DNA of 64,000 bases from Shigella phage vb_GEC_SH_GT. The position numbers and the translations under genes are program-made. Position 1 is the stretch's first letter, and each line of letters starts with the position of its first letter. Below the pieces are notes generated by a model. It saw nothing but the letters and a program-made list of their open reading frames with translations. It was not told the origin of the DNA and ran no database searches. The stretch lies in the sequence record OR887633; one strand, 5' to 3'. Shown one piece after another: positions 60,371 through 64,000 of the stretch.

Positions 60371-60964
60371 TTATTTCAGAGAATTAATATATTCCTGAAC
60401 ATCGGCAGAGGTAGTTTCAACCCCAGAAATATTACCATTAAAGGTTTCAACTCGAGCAAGAGTATCTTCAATATCAACCTTAGTCAGCGCTGCAATTTCA
60501 ACTACATCATCAGCAGTACTAATTCCAAGTGCATTCGCTGCACGAGTTTCACGGATATATTCCAATTTAACTGCAAGTTCTTGGCGAGCATCATCTAACT
60601 CAACTACTTTCTTGGCGATTTCAATTCGCATTTCAGCATAACCATCAGCTTTAGTAGTCAGCTGTTCAGCTGTTCGACGATATAGCAAACCGAGTTTAGC
60701 ATGCATTGTTACATCTTGACCTTCGGAAAGAAGCTTGCGAATTTCACGCTCTTTTGATTCAGCCTGTTTATTCTTTTCAACGATAAGTTCACGAATACGT
60801 TTTTCTTCATTAATAGATTTAACAGAAGCAGTTTTTAGATCTTTAATTTTATCAAGCAGTTTTGCTGCTGCGGCAGTATACTGTTCTTCAACAGATAGAT
60901 TTTTAGCCATAGCAGAACCAAGTTTAGTGCGAATAAACTCAACAATTTTCTTCAGTGTGTTCAT
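60371..60964 (-). CDS. coiled-coil protein (possible PspA/ESCRT-III-like)
   Basis: 197 aa almost entirely helical with heptad patterning and amphipathic N-terminus; family call is tentative. Confidence 0.45.
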
Positions 60965-61009
60965 AGTATTTCCTTAGGTTAATTAAGATTTAAAATCCAT
61001 GAGAGTATT

Positions 61010-61183
61010 ATACTCCGGATAGTTTGTAAACTATTTCAACATCGCCTTTTGCTGCTTTATAACCTTCAGCCCAAGATACAACCGAGTTTTTATCTGAAGA
61101 TTCAAATTCTGGCATTGGGCTTTCGCCAATGTTCACGCAGTATGTTTCTTCATTTTCGTCGAACCAAATAATTAAAGTAGTCA
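61010..61183 (-). CDS. small hypothetical protein (57 aa)
   Basis: Hand-translated MTTLIIWFDENEETYCVNIGESP...; below track cutoff. Confidence 0.3.
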
Positions 61184-61252
61184 TTTATTTCTCCGTTTCT
61201 GTATTTGTTTTGATAAGTCTATAATAACACCGTCCTTGGTGTTTGTACACAA

Positions 61253-61516
61253 TTATTTCATATTATTGAAATATTCTTCTGCGATTTCGTCGTTATCATG
61301 GTAAACTTTAGAAGACAGTTTAACATAACCTTCTGCCGTGAACATGTTAATCACAACCTTTACGGTATACCACTGACCGTCTTCATTACCCATTACTGCA
61401 TAGGTTTCAAACATCGGATGGTCAGGACCGATAACTTTAATATCATTCACTGTACGACCAAAATCTTCTGAAACACATTTCATAAAGAAGTTGAACAGTT
61501 CACCGTAATTATCCAT
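61253..61516 (-). CDS. hypothetical protein (87 aa)
   Basis: Start trimmed from TTG artefact; early promoter 61557..61589. Confidence 0.5.
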   Translation of the reverse strand: MDNYGELFNFFMKCVSEDFGRTVNDIKVIGPDHPMFETYAVMGNEDGQWYTVKVVINMFTAEGYVKLSSKVYHDNDEIAEEYFNNMK

Positions 61517-61556
61517 TTTATTCTCCAAGTTGTTTTCTGTATCAGTAGTTGATAGT

Positions 61557-61589
61557 TGTATAGTACCATGGAAGAACAGGGATGTAAAC
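61557..61589 (-). promoter_or_regulatory. T4-type early promoter (cassette copy)
   Basis: Minus strand GTTTACATCCCTGTTCTTCCATGGTACTATACAAC. Confidence 0.55.
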
Positions 61590-61689
61590 AGTTTAATGAA
61601 AAAATTTTAAAAAAGTTTTAGGGAATTTTAGGGCGAGGAGGGGTAATTAAAAGATAGGATAATATATTATAAAGGGTAGAAACTAAATG

Positions 61690-62060
61690 ATGCCTAGAGA
61701 GGCCCGGAAAGGCCTAGATACCAAAAAGCCCCAACCTTTCGGTCAGGGCTAAGCCTTGCGGCAACCTTGTCGGGGTTCCACCTGCTAAGGCAAGTGTTTG
61801 TACGAAACGCCGGGATTTGAACCCGGTTATTAAGTAGTTGACGCTACTCAATATTTTTAAAAGGCCATATCTCGACCATATCCGAACGTTCCGTCAAAAA
61901 CGCTACTCGGCTTATGGCAAAGATATTTCCTCGAATCGATAATTCGGTGCGCCGTTTCTGCTGTGATATAAGGGGGCATTAACAAAACATAAAGATTTAT
62001 TAATGCCAGTCCTTAAACAGGGAACATCAGTCCGACGACTTGCCGGTAGCGACCCGGCTT
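61690..62060 (-). ncRNA. putative structured small RNA(s) downstream of tRNA-Arg (T4 RNA C/D-like region)
   Basis: No ORF; GC-rich stems; a tRNA-like acceptor/T-arm fragment (ccggg-atttgaa-cccgg at 61810..61826) without a canonical anticodon arm. Confidence 0.3.
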
Positions 62061-62065
62061 CTTGT

Positions 62066-62142
62066 CTGGTCGAGGCAGTAGGGATCGAACCTACGACCCA
62101 GGACTTAGAAGGTCCTTGCTCTTCCTTCTGAGCTATGCCTCG
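62066..62142 (-). tRNA. tRNA-Arg (anticodon UCU)
   Basis: Hand-folded cloverleaf; T-arm GGUUCGAUCC; anticodon loop CUUCUAA; CCA encoded. Confidence 0.85.
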
Positions 62143-62146
62143 TATT

Positions 62147-62221
62147 TGGCGGACGTGATAGGATTCGAACCTATAACCAATCGCTTAACAGGCGATCGCT
62201 CTGCCATTGAGCTACACATCC
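62147..62221 (-). tRNA. tRNA-Asn (anticodon GUU)
   Basis: Hand-folded; acceptor GGAUGUG/CACGUCC; anticodon loop CUGUUAA; CCA encoded. Confidence 0.75.
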
Positions 62222-62225
62222 AAAT

Positions 62226-62312
62226 TGGTGGGGAGTGATGGAGTCGAACCACCCGAGTCGCAATGACAATGGATTTACAGTCCACACCGCTACCTCTACG
62301 GGATAACTCCCC
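62226..62312 (-). tRNA. tRNA-Tyr (anticodon GUA), long variable arm
   Basis: Hand-folded; anticodon loop CUGUAAA; 14-nt variable arm; CCA encoded. Confidence 0.7.
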
Positions 62313-62321
62313 AAATTAATT

Positions 62322-62396
62322 TGGTGGCCCTGGGTGGAATTGAACCACCATCTGGCGATTATGAGTCGCTTGCTTGAACCTTCCAGCTACAGGGCC
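62322..62396 (-). tRNA. tRNA with CAU anticodon (Met or lysidine-modified Ile)
   Basis: Hand-folded; anticodon loop CUCAUAA; CCA encoded; corresponds positionally to T4 tRNA-Ile. Confidence 0.75.
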
Positions 62397-62397
62397 T

Positions 62398-62473
62398 TGG
62401 TGCTGATTGACGGAATCGAACCGCCGACGTCCTCATTACAAGTGAGGTGCTCTACCTACTGAGCTAAATCAGC
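62398..62473 (-). tRNA. tRNA-Thr (anticodon UGU)
   Basis: Hand-folded; anticodon loop CUUGUAA; CCA encoded. Confidence 0.85.
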
Positions 62474-62478
62474 AAAAC

Positions 62479-62568
62479 TGGCGGAGGCGATAGGATTTGA
62501 ACCTATGAGTCGCCGGAGCGACTGCCGATTTTCAAGACCGGTGCATTAAACCACTCTGCCACGCCTCC
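62479..62568 (-). tRNA. tRNA-Ser (anticodon UGA), long variable arm
   Basis: Hand-folded; anticodon loop CUUGAAA; 18-nt variable arm; CCA encoded. Confidence 0.8.
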
Positions 62569-62570
62569 AG

Positions 62571-62644
62571 TCTCCGCGGCAGGATTTGAACCTGCGACAT
62601 TCTGCTCCCAAAGCAGACGCTCTACCAAACTGAGCTACACGGAG
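62571..62644 (-). tRNA. tRNA-Pro (anticodon UGG), CCA not encoded
   Basis: Hand-folded; anticodon loop UUUGGGA; ends at discriminator. Confidence 0.8.
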
Positions 62645-62654
62645 TAAATTAAAT

Positions 62655-62728
<74 letters not shown>

Positions 62729-62733
62729 AAATT

Positions 62734-62820
62734 TGGTGCGAGAAGTGGGACTCGAACCCACAAGGAAATCATTCCGCAGCATTTTAAGTGCTGTGCCTTT
62801 ACCAATTTGACCATTCTCGC
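62734..62820 (-). tRNA. tRNA-Leu (anticodon UAA), long variable arm
   Basis: Hand-folded; anticodon loop CUUAAAA; CCA encoded. Confidence 0.8.
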
Positions 62821-62826
62821 GCTATA

Positions 62827-63435
62827 TTATTTATTACGTGAAAAAGACTGTTCTATCAATTCTGGACACTTTCGTTCTATCCATTTTCTAGCTTTTTGTG
62901 GGCTTATACCTATTATTTTAGCAGCTTTACTAACCCATCCAAATTTAGAATAATCGATTTTAACTAATTCTTCGTAAATTTCATCAGTTAAAATCTTTTC
63001 ATTAATATTTACCAGTAAATGATATAATTTATTATCATTAGCAATTTTAATGAATCTTTTATAGTTTCCGCCTTTACTTAAACCTAATGAAGTAATTGCA
63101 GATGATATAGTAGCTGAATTTAATAGTGCGTTTAAAATTTCTTCATCACTAACATTATAACGCTTTTTATTATTTTTAATATTTTTACCAGCAAAAGTAT
63201 CAGTTTGCGAATGGCAATTTGGACATAATAATCTTAAATTTGATTTAAGATGATTTTTATTATTTCCATCAATGTGGTCTAATTGCAGAACAATATGCTT
63301 ATTTTGCCATTTTGAAATTTTACAAATTGCACACTCATATGGAAAAATATTTTCTTTTATTATTTTGTCTTTCAGCTTTCCTGTACTAAAATTTGGATGT
63401 TTTCCTTCAAAAATTTCAGCTAATTTAGTATCCAT
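62827..63435 (-). CDS. free-standing HNH homing endonuclease abutting the tRNA array
   Basis: Start trimmed to MDTKLAEI; HNH-Zn motif CAICK...LQLDHIDGNNKNH...LLCPNCH; stop 6 nt from tRNA-Leu. Confidence 0.75.
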   Translation of the reverse strand: MDTKLAEIFEGKHPNFSTGKLKDKIIKENIFPYECAICKISKWQNKHIVLQLDHIDGNNKNHLKSNLRLLCPNCHSQTDTFAGKNIKNNKKRYNVSDEEILNALLNSATISSAITSLGLSKGGNYKRFIKIANDNKLYHLLVNINEKILTDEIYEELVKIDYSKFGWVSKAAKIIGISPQKARKWIERKCPELIEQSFSRNK

Positions 63436-63499
63436 AATATAATTCCCAATTATTAACAAAGGCTCTCAAACAAGAACCCTTGATGATAGAGGGTATTAA

Positions 63500-63535
63500 T
63501 CAGTGCGGTATGAGTTAATAATAACAAATAATTCT
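63500..63535 (-). promoter_or_regulatory. putative MotA-dependent middle promoter for the HNH gene
   Basis: Minus strand reads ATGCTTTAA (MotA box TGCTTtA), 12-nt spacer, TATTAT -10-like. Confidence 0.4.
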
Positions 63536-63545
63536 TAAAGCATAT

Positions 63546-63833
63546 TTACCATTTATGATGATACGTATTTACGATACATTCAAGACCCAAAGGATTCTTG
63601 AAAATATCATATTCAAGAGGACCTTTTTCTGTTTCAATAAAGAAATCAAAATTTACTGTATTAAATTTACGGTCTTCCTTCACTAATTTAACCTGAGAAG
63701 ATGAACGGTCAATGTAAACCTTTTCAACTTCAAAACATGTTAAAATGCCATAATCATCAATCAAGGCTTTAGCTGCTTCTTGATCATATTTATATCCATT
63801 TTCAATGGATGATACTTTAGCATAAAGAATCAT
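63546..63833 (-). CDS. hypothetical protein (95 aa)
   Basis: ORF. Confidence 0.5.
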   Translation of the reverse strand: MILYAKVSSIENGYKYDQEAAKALIDDYGILTCFEVEKVYIDRSSSQVKLVKEDRKFNTVNFDFFIETEKGPLEYDIFKNPLGLECIVNTYHHKW

Positions 63834-63835
63834 TA

Positions 63836-64000
63836 TCAGCCTCTATCAACAATAGCATGAGTATGGGCATTTACGATTTGCCACCAGTCGAAACGATTGG
63901 AACCATAATCTGGTTTATTTTCATTTTCTTTAATGATATCACGCAGTTTATCTTCTGTTTCAGCATACGCAATTAAATCATCATATCCACCACAAGGATA
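63836..64000 (-). CDS. hypothetical protein, 5'-truncated by window edge
   Basis: Open frame running to the window end; C-terminus ...DWWQIVNAHTHAIVDRG. Confidence 0.4.
   Translation of the reverse strand, partial: YPCGGYDDLIAYAETEDKLRDIIKENENKPDYGSNRFDWWQIVNAHTHAIVDRG

Noticed and set aside
60371-60964. Confident PspA assignment for the coiled-coil protein
   Set aside because: Only architecture-level resemblance; no conserved PspA signature could be verified by eye, so it is reported as tentative.
61803-61870. Possible tenth tRNA next to tRNA-Arg
   Set aside because: T-arm and acceptor-like segments exist, but the anticodon stem-loop would have a 6-nt loop without U33 and no matching 5' acceptor strand at the right distance. 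Kept only as part of a putative ncRNA region.

Overview
This window is a contiguous, gene-dense segment of a T4-like (T-even, Tevenvirinae) myophage genome, transcribed almost entirely on the minus strand (right to left). Recognisable core genes in order are dexA, dda, modA, modB, soc, 56, dam, 61, sp, dmd, 41, 40, uvsX, 42, imm, 43, regA, 62, 44, 45, rpbA, 46, 47, alpha-gt, 55, nrdH, nrdG, nrdD, 49, nrdC, rI, tk, regB, denV, e (lysozyme) and nudE, ending in a 9-tRNA array. The phage is close to T4 but not T4, as far as I can recall the T4 sequences: the lysozyme has a few substitutions, Soc looks RB69-type, nrdD has no intron, the tRNA set differs, and a GT-A-type glycosyltransferase sits at the beta-gt locus. 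Between core genes lie hyperplastic regions with four free-standing HNH endonucleases, repeated early-promoter/terminator cassettes and many small ORFs of unknown function. The most interesting unexplained signals are: four consecutive genes sharing a C-terminal F-V-x-E-C-R tail (three are 2-TM membrane proteins); a four-gene array of proteins ending in coiled coils; a P-loop NTPase plus Pol-beta-type nucleotidyltransferase pair; a macro-domain protein; extra promoter-driven ORFs in the sp-dmd islet; and a remodelled tRNA cluster abutted by an HNH endonuclease. All calls come from reading the sequence and the ORF track; no database search was run. Family assignments rest on motifs and on gene order as I recall it for T4, and several ORF-track starts are TTG/GTG extensions that I trimmed to the first SD-preceded ATG.
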